Shown piece by piece: positions 39,279 to 49,316 of a stretch of DNA of 64,000 nucleotides. This DNA comes from Polyangiales bacterium (GTDB taxonomy: Bacteria; Myxococcota_A; Polyangia; Polyangiales; Ga0077539). Location of the stretch: NCBI GenBank assembly GCA_044229975.1, contig JBGARZ010000011.1, forward strand, positions 290,784-354,783. The letters run 5' to 3'. Position 1 is the stretch's first letter; each line of letters begins with the position of its first letter. The notes under the pieces are model-generated. The model was given only the letters and a program-made list of their open reading frames with translations. It had not been told where the DNA came from and did not search any database. The position numbers and the translations under genes were made by a program.

Positions 39279-40613
39279 CTACCGGGTAGGCGTCTTCTTC
39301 TTCGTCGCGACCTTCTTCTTGGGCGCTGCCTTCTTGGGCGCTGCCTTCTTGGGCGCTGCCTTCTTGGGCGCTGCCTTCTTCTTTGTCGCGGCCTTCTTCG
39401 TCGCGACCTTCTTCGTCGGTGCAGCCTTCTTCGTCGCGGCCTTCTTCGTCGCGACCGTCTTCACCGGCGTCGCGCCCAGCTCGTCGTCCCCGCCCTCCCC
39501 GGAGTGCTCCCAATCGGGAACCTCGTAGAGCAGCTTCGTCCCCGCGACGAGCTTGCGGTTGTACGAGGTGCTCTGGATGAACACGAGGTACTTGTCGAGC
39601 GCCACGGGCTTCACCTTGTCGCGCTCCCCCGGGCGCAACCCGATGAGCGCGCGCGCCTTGTCGCCCGAGTAGAAGTCGCCCGACTCCTTGTCCATCAGCA
39701 CGACCTCCTTGCCCTCCTGAACGAGCTCGGACTTGGTGAGCTGGTAGAAGCCGCGACCCGGGTTGAAGCTCGCGCCCTCCCCCTCGATGAACGTGCGGAT
39801 GTCCGCCACCGCGTCGACGTCGAGCACCTGGAAGCGACCCGCCGAGACGGGCTCCAGCTTCCCCGTCACCTTCACCGTCGACGCCTTCCCCTTCGCCGAC
39901 GCCGACGCCGATGCCTTCGCCTTGCGGCCGAGCATGGTGTCGAACATCCGCCGGAGCGAGCCGTTCATCCGGCGCGCCTTGGTGACCTCGGCCTCGTACG
40001 CGCCGAGGTGCTCGTCGCCGTGCTGCTTGAACGCGACGGCCTGGATGAGGTCGGTGATGTACGAGAACTGGTCGAGCGTGAGGTAGAGCCCGTCGGTGCG
40101 CCGGGCGACCTCCTCGTAGAACCCCTTCGAGTGCTTGCGGATGCCCGGCATCGCGTGCACGCCGTAGACCTTCACGCCCGCCTCGGTGAGCAGGTCGAGT
40201 TCGTTCTTCCAATCGAGCTTGAGCTTGTTGGCCGGGTACTTCGGGCCGTGCGGCACGTCGTCGCCGATGAGCACGAACACCTTGGCCCGACCCGCGCGCC
40301 ACTTCTGCGACCGCGCCGTGTAGAGCGCGTACTCGTACGCCTCGGGCGCGTCGCCGCCATAGGTCCCCTTCACCGTCTTGATGAACTTCAGCACCGACGC
40401 CTGGTTGTCGGTGAGGTCGACCTTCTTCAAGAGGTACTGGCGCTTCTCGTCGCAGTAGTCGCCGTGCGCCATCACGCCCACGCGCAGGCCCGGGATCTCC
40501 TTGAACAACCTCCGCACCGCGGCGTCGGCGTTGCGCCGGAGCTGCGTGAGGCACGGGTACATGCTGCCGGTGGTGTCGAAGCTGATCACCACGTCGATCG
40601 CGTCGGCGCTCAT
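39279..40613 (-). CDS. vWA domain protein with conserved C-domain and histone H1-like PKKAA tail
   Basis: MIDAS FDTTGSM, HGDYCD, GGDAPEAYE, IGDDVPH; GRGFYQLTK domain; 15-bp tandem repeats near 39300-39450. Confidence 0.88.
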   Translation of the reverse strand: MSADAIDVVISFDTTGSMYPCLTQLRRNADAAVRRLFKEIPGLRVGVMAHGDYCDEKRQYLLKKVDLTDNQASVLKFIKTVKGTYGGDAPEAYEYALYTARSQKWRAGRAKVFVLIGDDVPHGPKYPANKLKLDWKNELDLLTEAGVKVYGVHAMPGIRKHSKGFYEEVARRTDGLYLTLDQFSYITDLIQAVAFKQHGDEHLGAYEAEVTKARRMNGSLRRMFDTMLGRKAKASASASAKGKASTVKVTGKLEPVSAGRFQVLDVDAVADIRTFIEGEGASFNPGRGFYQLTKSELVQEGKEVVLMDKESGDFYSGDKARALIGLRPGERDKVKPVALDKYLVFIQSTSYNRKLVAGTKLLYEVPDWEHSGEGGDDELGATPVKTVATKKAATKKAAPTKKVATKKAATKKKAAPKKAAPKKAAPKKAAPKKKVATKKKTPTR

Positions 40614-40717
40614 GGTCTCTCATCCTCCCGAAGTCAGCCGTTGAGGCCGCCGATGGGAGCGCGCGCCCTCCGGCCGCATCAAGCGCCAACGCCGGGCTCG
40701 CGCCGACGGCCCGCCGC

Positions 40718-40864
40718 GTGGGGCGGGTGCAGCCCGTCGACGAGCACGACTCGATCGAGCAACTCGCGCTCTCGCACGACGGCGGTGGGCTCGTCGTCGG
40801 GACGACGTGCGGCGTCGTGGCGGTCTACGCGCGCACCGAGAGCGTCGTGTCACCCACGGGCTGA
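40718..40864 (+). pseudogene. Possible C-terminal remnant of a WD40-like protein
   Basis: DSIEQLALSHDGGGLVVGTTCGVVAVY looks like a last propeller blade. Confidence 0.35.
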
Positions 40865-40898
40865 CGAGGGTGTCCGACTGGTCTACCTATTCCGTCTC

Positions 40899-41378
40899 AT
40901 GGCCTCACCCGCGACCCGCCACGTCGCGCTCGCCGCGCTCGAAGTCCTCGCCTGCGCGACGGGTTCCGCGTTGTGGCCCGCGCCTGCTCCAGATCGCGTG
41001 GTCGTGGCCCAGCGCACACACGACCTCGGCCCGGTCAGGTTGCGCACGCGCATCGTCGACGACCTGAGCGTGGTGACCGGGCGCGACGAGGTGCGGGTCA
41101 CGCGCCGGCCAAACACCCGCACGCCCACGACGCTGGTCGTGACGAACTCGCCGGCCGCCGCGGCGCCGGACCGTCCCGCGTGGCTCACCACGCAGTGCGG
41201 CCTCCGCGTGAACTACGGGGTGCAGCGCGAAGGAGGAGGCTCGGGCGGCGAAGAGGCCACCGTGCGCGGGACGCTGCGCCTGTCGTGGGCGCGGCTCGCC
41301 TTCACGTGCAACTCGCAGTCGGAGTGGGGCGAGCCCGAAGGCGCCTGCCTCGGGCTCCTCGAAGCGCTGTGCGAGTAG
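40899..41378 (+). CDS. Tsi3-like T6SS muramidase immunity protein
   Basis: Signal-like N-terminus with LAC; RTP..LVV, Y.V...GGGSGGEE, QSEWGEP...LLE match recalled P. aeruginosa Tsi3 motifs. Confidence 0.7.
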   Translation: MASPATRHVALAALEVLACATGSALWPAPAPDRVVVAQRTHDLGPVRLRTRIVDDLSVVTGRDEVRVTRRPNTRTPTTLVVTNSPAAAAPDRPAWLTTQCGLRVNYGVQREGGGSGGEEATVRGTLRLSWARLAFTCNSQSEWGEPEGACLGLLEALCE

Positions 41379-41416
41379 GTGACCGGGATTCGGAGTAGGC
41401 GTCGGCGAAGGCTTGA

Positions 41417-41571
41417 AGGCCGCAAGGGCGCAAGGGCCGCAAGGGGGAGATGGTCGAGGAGTCGTGGCGGTGATCGAGAGGCTGGTCCAGTGGGCTGGGA
41501 CGGTCGTTGGCTCCCCACGACACCGTCATGATCGCCGCCTCCCCCCTGCGCCCCCTGCGCCCTTGCGGTCT
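41417..41571. repeat. Degenerate palindromic element E (GCAAGG-repeat family, related to D)
   Basis: AGGCCGCAAGGGCGCAAGGGCCGCAAGGGGGAG ... CTCCCCCCTGCGCCCCCTGCGCCCTTGCGGTCT. Confidence 0.8.
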
Positions 41572-41597
41572 GTGTTCCCTTCGACGCCGCGCGGGAG

Positions 41598-42872
41598 TCA
41601 CGAGCGACCGAGGAGCGCTGCCAGCAGGAGGGGTGCGCCCAGGGCCGCGGCCGACGAGAGCGCGAGCAACGCCGGCGCTGCCGCATCGAGAGCGGCGCGC
41701 GTCATCGCGTCGTGCAGCGTGCCCACCACGACTTCGTACGCCTCGACCGCGGCGCTCGTGCGAAACGGCGCCCCGCCCGACTGCCGCGCGCGCACGATCA
41801 CCTGACCCACGGGGAGTGATGTGACGTCGGCGGTGAAGGCCGTCGTGTCACCGACCCGCAGCCGACCGCCGCCCTCGTGCCACGCCTCCTGCCACCCCGC
41901 TGGGTCGAAGGGACGGCGGGCGAAGCTCGCGAGCGCGAGCAGGAGCGCGAGCGCGCTCGCAACGAAGCCGCCGATGATCCAACCCCGCGGCGGGGCGAGC
42001 TCGGACGCGATGTCGCCACGATCGTAGGCCACCTGCTGGGGAGGAGAGCCCGCGAACGCCAGCACGTCGCCTGACGAGCGGTGGGGCGAGACCTCCACCA
42101 GCCACGCGCCGAGGCCACGCGCCGACCGGATGCGGAGCACGGACCCTGGAGGCACGCTGTCTCTCGCGCCGCTATCCGGCATCGGCCCGCTCCCACACTC
42201 CGAGGCCACCCGAACGTGGCACACGACGTTCTCGAACCGCGCGAGTTCGCATTGCCTCTCGACGCAGACGCCACCCACCCGGCGCGCGTCGGAGCGGGTG
42301 GATCGCGCATCGATCGCCTGGGTGACCGCCGGGATCTCCCCGACCACCGGCTGCGCAGCGACCCAAGCGTCGGGGGAGTCGGGCAGCCTCGCGGCGCGGT
42401 GCATCGCCCGCGTCGCGAGGCCCAGGAGGCCGAGGGCGAACACGCATGCGACGACGCGCAGCGCGCCGCGAGTGATCGGCGCGCGGTGGTTCGCAACGGC
42501 CGCGACGATGAGGCGCGAGACGCATGCGCCGACCCACCAGACGAACACCAGCAGGAAGGGAAACCCGATCATGGGGGTGCCACAGGTGAAGTAGGGCAGC
42601 CGCGAGACGTCTTCCGAGAGCTGGGATACCGCCGCAAGACACAACGTCGGCAGCACGACCTGGAACGGGAGGGCGGCCCGCGTCAGCGCGTTGCGACTGT
42701 CACAACGGCGGAGCGAGAGCGAGACCGCGCAGGCCGCGATGGTCACCGCGACGACCGCCAGCGTGCACAGGTGCGAGCTCGCGCCGAGTGACGCCATCGC
42801 GCCGAGGAGCGAGGCGGCGCCGACCAACCCGAGTGCGGCCTCCATCGCGTATCCCCGACTCGACGCTCGCAT
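41598..42872 (-). CDS. Hypothetical multi-pass membrane protein
   Basis: Several TM segments, long ORF; start may be 42845. Confidence 0.65.
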   Translation of the reverse strand: MRASSRGYAMEAALGLVGAASLLGAMASLGASSHLCTLAVVAVTIAACAVSLSLRRCDSRNALTRAALPFQVVLPTLCLAAVSQLSEDVSRLPYFTCGTPMIGFPFLLVFVWWVGACVSRLIVAAVANHRAPITRGALRVVACVFALGLLGLATRAMHRAARLPDSPDAWVAAQPVVGEIPAVTQAIDARSTRSDARRVGGVCVERQCELARFENVVCHVRVASECGSGPMPDSGARDSVPPGSVLRIRSARGLGAWLVEVSPHRSSGDVLAFAGSPPQQVAYDRGDIASELAPPRGWIIGGFVASALALLLALASFARRPFDPAGWQEAWHEGGGRLRVGDTTAFTADVTSLPVGQVIVRARQSGGAPFRTSAAVEAYEVVVGTLHDAMTRAALDAAAPALLALSSAAALGAPLLLAALLGRS

Positions 42873-42935
42873 CCAGCGAGGAGAGCACCGCCGCGAGCCA
42901 GCGACAAGCGGCGCTCGACGCGTCGACGCCCCGCG

Positions 42936-43709
42936 CTACGGCATGCGCAGCACCACCGGCGTCGCGGCGGTCCCGTGGAGCCGCCACGATTGCGCGGGCT
43001 CTCGATAGCCCTGCGGGTGCTCTTGCAGACCGCCGTCGTCGCGCGCCGCGATCGCCCACAGCTCCACGACCGCGCCCGGCGGAACCATCCGCGTGCCGTC
43101 GATCTCGACGCCGTCGACCACCGCGACGTGGCGCGCGTCGACCCACACCGCGGACCCCTCGCGGTCGATCAGCTCGAAAACTCCCCCGCTCGCGCAGCGT
43201 GGCGCCGCGGCCGAGACCCCATCTGGAATCATCTCGCACGCCACGCATGGCACGCCCCGATCGTTCGAGACCGGAACGAACGCCCGTACGAACCCGCGCA
43301 CGCGCACCGGCCCCGGCGTCAGCTCCCGCAGTTCGCGTCGCACGGCCGCGTCGAAGTAGGTGAGGTCGCGACCGCGGAGCCGGTCGAGCACACAAGCAGC
43401 ACCGACGTTCGCGGCGTGGTGGCCCATCATCGCCCCGAGGACCATCAGCACGACGCAGGCCACCAGCACGATCACCAGCGAGAACCCCCACCCACCGAGC
43501 AGGTGGCCCAACCAGGGGACGACGACGATGACGCTGAAGACCGCGGCGTGCAGCGCGCCCAGGATCGTCCCAGCAGCGAGGCTCCCCGAGAAGTCGCGCG
43601 GGCGTTCGGGCTCGGCGGGGTCGCCCTCGGCGCGCATCGGCCGCGCGCATCGGTCGCAGGACGCTTCGAACGGGGACCGGTCGCCGCAGGACGGGCAGGA
43701 GTAGTTCAT
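42936..43709 (-). CDS. Zn-ribbon plus two-TM hypothetical protein
   Basis: CPSC...CDRC, TM pair, beta-rich C-domain with GYR motif. Confidence 0.65.
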   Translation of the reverse strand: MNYSCPSCGDRSPFEASCDRCARPMRAEGDPAEPERPRDFSGSLAAGTILGALHAAVFSVIVVVPWLGHLLGGWGFSLVIVLVACVVLMVLGAMMGHHAANVGAACVLDRLRGRDLTYFDAAVRRELRELTPGPVRVRGFVRAFVPVSNDRGVPCVACEMIPDGVSAAAPRCASGGVFELIDREGSAVWVDARHVAVVDGVEIDGTRMVPPGAVVELWAIAARDDGGLQEHPQGYREPAQSWRLHGTAATPVVLRMP

Positions 43710-43826
43710 TGGAGGATCGTTCCTTTCACGAACGATCGTGACAACGCGGCGACCCGGGGGTTCTGTGACCTGGAGAGGGCTGTGGCGGAATGATTCGCCG
43801 GGGCCACCACACGAGTCGTCCCGCGT

Positions 43827-44573
43827 CTACGACTCGCAGTAGCCGTAGTCGGCGGGTCGGTCGGAGAAGCGCAGGCACGGCGCGCCGCCGGGACAATCGC
43901 CGCGCAGCAACGAGCAGGTGCGCCGACACACGCCGGGGGCACCGACGCAGGTGAAGGGCCGCTCGCACTCGTTGGTGAAGCGGCACGCGGCGCCGCCCGC
44001 AACGGTTCCGACTGGTAGGCAGTTGCCGCCCCCGTGCAGGCTCGTGGGGGAGCAGTACTGCCCTTCGGGACAGCCGTTCTGGAGCACATAGTCGCAGCCC
44101 CCGGGGCGCGTGCATGCGTAGAGGCCCTCGACCGATGTCTTGACCGCGCAGCGGCTCCGAGCGGTGGCGTTCGAGAGGTCGTCGCACGCGTCGTCGCCGC
44201 AGCAGAGCCGCACGCAGCGCGCCCCCACGCAGCTCAACCCCGGCGCGCACCGCGACGTGGTCGTGCACGAGGCGAAGACCGGCACCGCCGCGCGTTCGCT
44301 GCACGCGGGCGTTCCGTCTTCGCCGAGCCCGCAGGTGCCGCCGCCAGCGCAGCCCGCGCCCGTGATGGGGTCGCACATACCGGGCGGACCGCACGCCCCG
44401 CCGCTCTGGACGTCGGAGGCGTTCGCGGTGTCCGTGACTGGAACGTCCGCCAGCGAGGCGTCGGTGGTCGCGTCGGGAGCGAGCGACGGTGCGCCGACGT
44501 ACGACGTGCAGCCGAGCGCCGACGCGAAGGCCGCGACGAGCAGAGCCTGGAGGGCGCGACCAGAGCCGGTCAT
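43827..44573 (-). CDS. Cys-rich lipoprotein
   Basis: Lipobox ALGC, CDP...GC repeats. Confidence 0.75.
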   Translation of the reverse strand: MTGSGRALQALLVAAFASALGCTSYVGAPSLAPDATTDASLADVPVTDTANASDVQSGGACGPPGMCDPITGAGCAGGGTCGLGEDGTPACSERAAVPVFASCTTTSRCAPGLSCVGARCVRLCCGDDACDDLSNATARSRCAVKTSVEGLYACTRPGGCDYVLQNGCPEGQYCSPTSLHGGGNCLPVGTVAGGAACRFTNECERPFTCVGAPGVCRRTCSLLRGDCPGGAPCLRFSDRPADYGYCES

Positions 44574-44688
44574 TCGCACACGACGAAGTCCGAAGGGAGC
44601 TGATCGAGAGAAACGCACTGGCTCCACGGGCAACGCGACTGGTCTACGGGGTTGCCCATCGGTCGTCACGCGCCGAAGTCGGCGCGGC

Positions 44689-45519
44689 TCAGTTCACGCA
44701 GTGGCTGCCGGGGCGAAGGGGGTGCCTACCTCGCACATGACAATAGGAGACGATCTGCGGGATGCGCGGGGCGCACTCGGGGTAGGGGCTGCGTCCGTGG
44801 CAGGTGCCGACGAACAGACGGAGCTGCTCCCCGGCGGGGCAGGTGCGCCCGTCGGGGGCGACGGCGACCGCTTCGTGATGGTCGGGGATGCAGGCGGAGT
44901 CGCAGTCCGCGTCCTGCACGCAGCGGCGGCCCTCGTCGCGCGTGGGGCGATCGCAGTAGGCGCCGCCCCGGCCCATTCGGTAGGTCCCTTGGACGGCGGC
45001 GCACTCGGCGCGAGCGCGCGCGAGGTCGGGACTCTCGACGCTGAAGATCGACGCCTCCGCCGTGACGGTGCGACCGTCTTCGGTGAGGGCCGTGATCGTG
45101 AGGCGCTGTGTCGTCAGCGAAACACTTCCCATGATCTGAAATTCCAGCGATCCGCCGTGTGAGAGCGTCGCGGCATCCGGACCGAAGTTGAACTCCATGT
45201 CCGCGCCTGCCACGTCGGTGCGCAGCATCTCGCCATGCTGAATCGTCACGCGGCCCTCTCCGCACCAGAGCAGGGTGGCGCGGCCACGACCAGCAGCCAG
45301 CCCGTTGGGAGGCGACCAGATCCTGGCGATCGGCGCAGGCGGCACGATCACGAGCCCGCTCAGGCCCTGGCACGGAGAGGGCGGTGGCGCTGGCTCGTGG
45401 GCCGCGACGACAGGCGCAGGCGCACACTGCGGCGTGCGCGGGGACGGCAAGCGCGCCGTGCATCCAACGAACGCGAGGAGAACGAGAGGGACAACGCCCG
45501 GTGAATGTCTGGAACGCAT
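44689..45519 (-). CDS. Lipoprotein with Cys-rich C-terminus
   Basis: Lipobox FVGC; C...T.D.G..C..D.DC...C motif. Confidence 0.65.
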   Translation of the reverse strand: MRSRHSPGVVPLVLLAFVGCTARLPSPRTPQCAPAPVVAAHEPAPPPSPCQGLSGLVIVPPAPIARIWSPPNGLAAGRGRATLLWCGEGRVTIQHGEMLRTDVAGADMEFNFGPDAATLSHGGSLEFQIMGSVSLTTQRLTITALTEDGRTVTAEASIFSVESPDLARARAECAAVQGTYRMGRGGAYCDRPTRDEGRRCVQDADCDSACIPDHHEAVAVAPDGRTCPAGEQLRLFVGTCHGRSPYPECAPRIPQIVSYCHVRGRHPLRPGSHCVN

Positions 45520-45743
45520 TGGACCCACGCGTTCCAGACCCGTCGTGGGCGCGAAGGTTCCTTCCAAGAGGGAGGCGGTCTCCTTCGCGACGCTGCGGTG
45601 GATGTAGGCGGCTTTTCCCGCTTCGAACTTTTTTGCAAGGTGACCCTCCAACCGCGCAAGCCCATGCGTGTAGGCATTTTCGGGCAATTCTTGAAGCGAC
45701 GCGCTGCGCTGTGAGGTCTGGATGTTGCTCGCGTGATGCGCCC

Positions 45744-47141
45744 GTGCGGACCGCCGAACGCCTCTTCGCCCAGACCATCAAGGACCCGCCGTCTGTGCAC
45801 GAAGAGCGCACACGGACGGCGCCTGTGCTCCTGGGTGATGCTCGCGATCCGCTCATCGGGCGCGTGGTGGGCAAGCGCTATGTGATCGAGGCCCTCCTCG
45901 GAGCGGGGTCGATGGGCCGCGTCTACCGGGCCCGGCAGCGCGTGCTCGGAAAGACCGTGGCGCTCAAGGTGCTCAACGCCGACTTCGCCTCCGACCTCGC
46001 GGCGGGGCAGCGGTTCTTGCGCGAGGCGAAGGCGGCCAGCCGCTTCGACCACCCCAACTCGGTGACGGTGTTCGACTTCGGCCGCGAGGCAGATGGCACG
46101 GCGTTCATCGTGATGGAGTATGTGCGCGGCGAGACCCTGGGCGGGCTCATCCGGCGCCTCGGCACGGTGCCCGCGGGTGATTGCGTTGCGATCATGGCGC
46201 AGGTGCTCTCGGCGCTCTCCGCCGCCCACGAGCGCAACATCGTGCACCGCGACGTCAAGCCCGAGAACATCATGCTGCTCCCGCGCAGCGGCGACGACGG
46301 CGGCGGCTATGTGGTGAAGGTCGCCGACTTCGGCCTCGCCAAGATCGTCGGCGACGATTCGCTCAAGCTCACCGCGCCAGGCATCAGCCCTGGGTCGCCT
46401 TCGTACATGTCCCCGGAGCAGGCGCAGGCGAGGGGCGTCGGCGCCTCCAGCGACCTCTACCAGTGCGGCGTGATGCTCTTCGAGATGATCACCGGCACCC
46501 TCCCCTTCCGCAGCGACAGCGCCGTCGGCGTCATCATGATGCACCTGCACGACGAGGTGCCGTCGCCGAGCGCGCGCAACCCCGCGTGCCCCCCGGAGCT
46601 GGAGCGGGTGATCCTCCACTCGATGGCGAAGGACCACGCGCGCCGCTACTCCACCGCGCGCGCCATGCGCCACGCGCTCCTGGGGCGATCGCAGCGCCCG
46701 CCCGCCGAGGAGTTTCTCCGCCGCCACGCCCGGCCGGCGACCCTCACGGCGTCGTTTCCGTGGCGCGTCGATAGCTCGCCCGCGTCGGAGGTCGTCGCCT
46801 CGGGAGAGCGCCGCATCACGAAGGTCCGGTCACGCGCGTGGGGCGGACTCGCTGCCGTGGCCGCGTGTCTGCTCGCCTTCGGAGTCGCCGCGCGCCCGCG
46901 TGTCCCGGCGACGGCTCGACCAAACGCCGCCGCGCCCGTGGCGGAAGCGCCGCCGCTCATGGCGGAGATGATCTTCGAGGCCGACTCGCCCGAGGTGACG
47001 CTGCCCCCGCCGAGGCCCGCGGTGCGTCGCGCGGTCGTGCGCCCGGCGCTCGTCCGACCCGTGGTGCGCCCGATCGCGGCGCGTACGGTCGCGGCACCGG
47101 CGCCCCGACCCGCCCCAGGGACGACGCGACCGCCGCAGTAG
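45744..47141 (+). CDS. Hanks-type Ser/Thr protein kinase with TM segment
   Basis: GAGSMG, VALK, HRDVKPEN, DFG, YMSPEQ. Start approximate. Confidence 0.95.
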   Translation: MRTAERLFAQTIKDPPSVHEERTRTAPVLLGDARDPLIGRVVGKRYVIEALLGAGSMGRVYRARQRVLGKTVALKVLNADFASDLAAGQRFLREAKAASRFDHPNSVTVFDFGREADGTAFIVMEYVRGETLGGLIRRLGTVPAGDCVAIMAQVLSALSAAHERNIVHRDVKPENIMLLPRSGDDGGGYVVKVADFGLAKIVGDDSLKLTAPGISPGSPSYMSPEQAQARGVGASSDLYQCGVMLFEMITGTLPFRSDSAVGVIMMHLHDEVPSPSARNPACPPELERVILHSMAKDHARRYSTARAMRHALLGRSQRPPAEEFLRRHARPATLTASFPWRVDSSPASEVVASGERRITKVRSRAWGGLAAVAACLLAFGVAARPRVPATARPNAAAPVAEAPPLMAEMIFEADSPEVTLPPPRPAVRRAVVRPALVRPVVRPIAARTVAAPAPRPAPGTTRPPQ

Positions 47142-47161
47142 CTGGGCGGTCGCGGCGAGCG

Positions 47162-49282
47162 TCAGCGGGCGCGGGCCATGAGCGCTTCGAGGCGGAAGTA
47201 CCGCGGCTCGTGCGCCGACTCATCGGCCGTCAGGACACCGTTGACGTTGCGGCCCCAGCAGACGACGCCGCCGGACGCGCGACGGGCGCAGGCGAGTCCG
47301 TCCCGACTGACCACGATCTCGACGGCGTCGCTGAGACCAGGAACGAGCCGCCCGGTGTCGTCCCCATCGGTCCTGCCGTAATCCGGCGCGCCCGGCTCGA
47401 TGACAAAGGAGGCCCACCGACAAGCCACTCGGCCTTGCGTGGAGAGGACACAGTCCTGCATCCCCCACGCCCTCGCCCGCAGGTCCCCTCCGACCGCCGC
47501 CCGGAGCGATTCGTCGATCCCGTCGATGGGGTCGTCGGGACGATGGTCGCGCAGGGTGAGGGACAGGTCGAACTCACCCGACCCGGTGGCGACGCGCGGC
47601 AGCGTCCGAAGGATCTCCTCGCGCACGCTCCGACGCTCCTGCTCGGTGACCCGCTCGTTGACCCCGGTCGCCTCGGCGGCGCGTGGACAGACGACGTCAC
47701 CCCGTCGAAGCGCGCAGACCATCGCGAACTCCGTGATGATCCTCTCGTACCCGTCCAGCGCCGCGATGGGAGCGAACCTGAACATCGACCCGAAGGGCGA
47801 CGCCACCCAGGCCCGCGACTGCCCATCCAGGATGAACAGAAGCCCATCGACGAGCGCCAACGAGTGTGGCGACGCAGGCATGGTCTCGTCGGGGACGCGC
47901 GATGGGGTGGCAAACGGATCGCCGTTCCAGCAGTGGACGGTGCCGTCGTGATGACTGACGCAGATGCCGCGTTCGTTGGTGACCATCTCCGTAACGGAGC
48001 TCGTCTCCGGAAGCGCGCGTGGTCCCCATGGCGGGTCAGGGTTGATCGTCGTCGACGACGACGGCCCACCCCAGCACGTCACGCTCCCCCGCTGCAACGC
48101 GCAGACGTAGGACCCGACCGACACGAGGCGCTCGACGGCGTCGAGGCCGCGCATGACGACGGGCGCCTCGCGACGCTGAACCCCGCCGTGCTGCAACGAC
48201 GATCCCCAACAGCGCACCTCGCCCGAGGCATGTCGCACGCAGCGCGCACCATGCGCGAGTGCCACTTCGGTGATGTCGGCGAGGCCCTCGACGCGAGAGA
48301 GACCAACCTCCCTCTCGCCCGATCGGCTGTCCTGCCCACCGTCCAGGTCGCCGCAAGAGAGCCGGTGATCGAGGCCAACCAGGCAGACTCCGAGGCCGCC
48401 CACCGCGACCCCGGACGCTCGCGTCTCGGGAGACAACCGGACGGGCCATGTGTCCACCCACGTCGACGGGCAGTCGTCGTCGATGTGACCGCAGATCTCG
48501 GACCTCCAGAAGGCGAGCCCGCAGCGCACGTGCCCCTGTCGCCCCTTCACGCAGGTCAGCGGAGACCTCAGCGAGGACGCGAACCCGACCGGGTCCGGCA
48601 CGCCCACCGTTGCCGTTCCCAACACCGACTCCCGATCGCGTGATGGAGGGTCCGCGTCGGGGTGGGGAAACGCGACGGTTCCGTCGGAGCGCAGCTCACC
48701 GAGCCCGAGTTCGATGACGCCGCGCCGCTCGACGTCGACCCACTCGACGGACGACGCATCGCGCCGACGGGCGACCAACCCGTCCTCCAGGCGGGCTCTT
48801 CCATCCGCGGTGATCTGCACGACCCGCCCATGCCCGGGGATGTGCTGCGCCACGCAAGGACGGTGCGTGCACTGCGCGACCGTGGCGGCGCTCGACGCGT
48901 CGAAGAAGTTCCCGCGAGCGTCGATGGCCCAGGCCCCATCGGGCATCAGCGCGATCGCATCGCGCGCCGGCACCACCTCGGGGACGCGCACCACGTCCGT
49001 CCCCCGCCGCACCAGGCGACCCGGCAGGCGCACCACGACCGCGCGGTCGCCCTCCCCCTGGACGACGCTCACCTGCTCGCCGCTCGCCAGCCTCCCGCCG
49101 TGAGCCCGCGCCACCGCCCGCGCGCCCTCGCCGAGCTCCCACGCGCGCTTTCGCCGGACCCGACCGACGCGCAGCGCGACGGGGACCGCCACCGCCGCCG
49201 CACACGCGACCAGCAACCATCGCAGAGGCCAGCGGCGCGGAGGCGGCGCGGACGCACGGAGCGGCCCGGTGCGGTAGGGCAT
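47162..49282 (-). CDS. RCC1-like repeat membrane-anchored protein
   Basis: Repeated C......G.V.CWG motifs, N-terminal TM segment. Confidence 0.8.
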   Translation of the reverse strand: MPYRTGPLRASAPPPRRWPLRWLLVACAAAVAVPVALRVGRVRRKRAWELGEGARAVARAHGGRLASGEQVSVVQGEGDRAVVVRLPGRLVRRGTDVVRVPEVVPARDAIALMPDGAWAIDARGNFFDASSAATVAQCTHRPCVAQHIPGHGRVVQITADGRARLEDGLVARRRDASSVEWVDVERRGVIELGLGELRSDGTVAFPHPDADPPSRDRESVLGTATVGVPDPVGFASSLRSPLTCVKGRQGHVRCGLAFWRSEICGHIDDDCPSTWVDTWPVRLSPETRASGVAVGGLGVCLVGLDHRLSCGDLDGGQDSRSGEREVGLSRVEGLADITEVALAHGARCVRHASGEVRCWGSSLQHGGVQRREAPVVMRGLDAVERLVSVGSYVCALQRGSVTCWGGPSSSTTINPDPPWGPRALPETSSVTEMVTNERGICVSHHDGTVHCWNGDPFATPSRVPDETMPASPHSLALVDGLLFILDGQSRAWVASPFGSMFRFAPIAALDGYERIITEFAMVCALRRGDVVCPRAAEATGVNERVTEQERRSVREEILRTLPRVATGSGEFDLSLTLRDHRPDDPIDGIDESLRAAVGGDLRARAWGMQDCVLSTQGRVACRWASFVIEPGAPDYGRTDGDDTGRLVPGLSDAVEIVVSRDGLACARRASGGVVCWGRNVNGVLTADESAHEPRYFRLEALMARAR

Positions 49283-49316
49283 AGGGTCCGATGGTCTCCC
49301 CCGCGCGCGGACCTGT

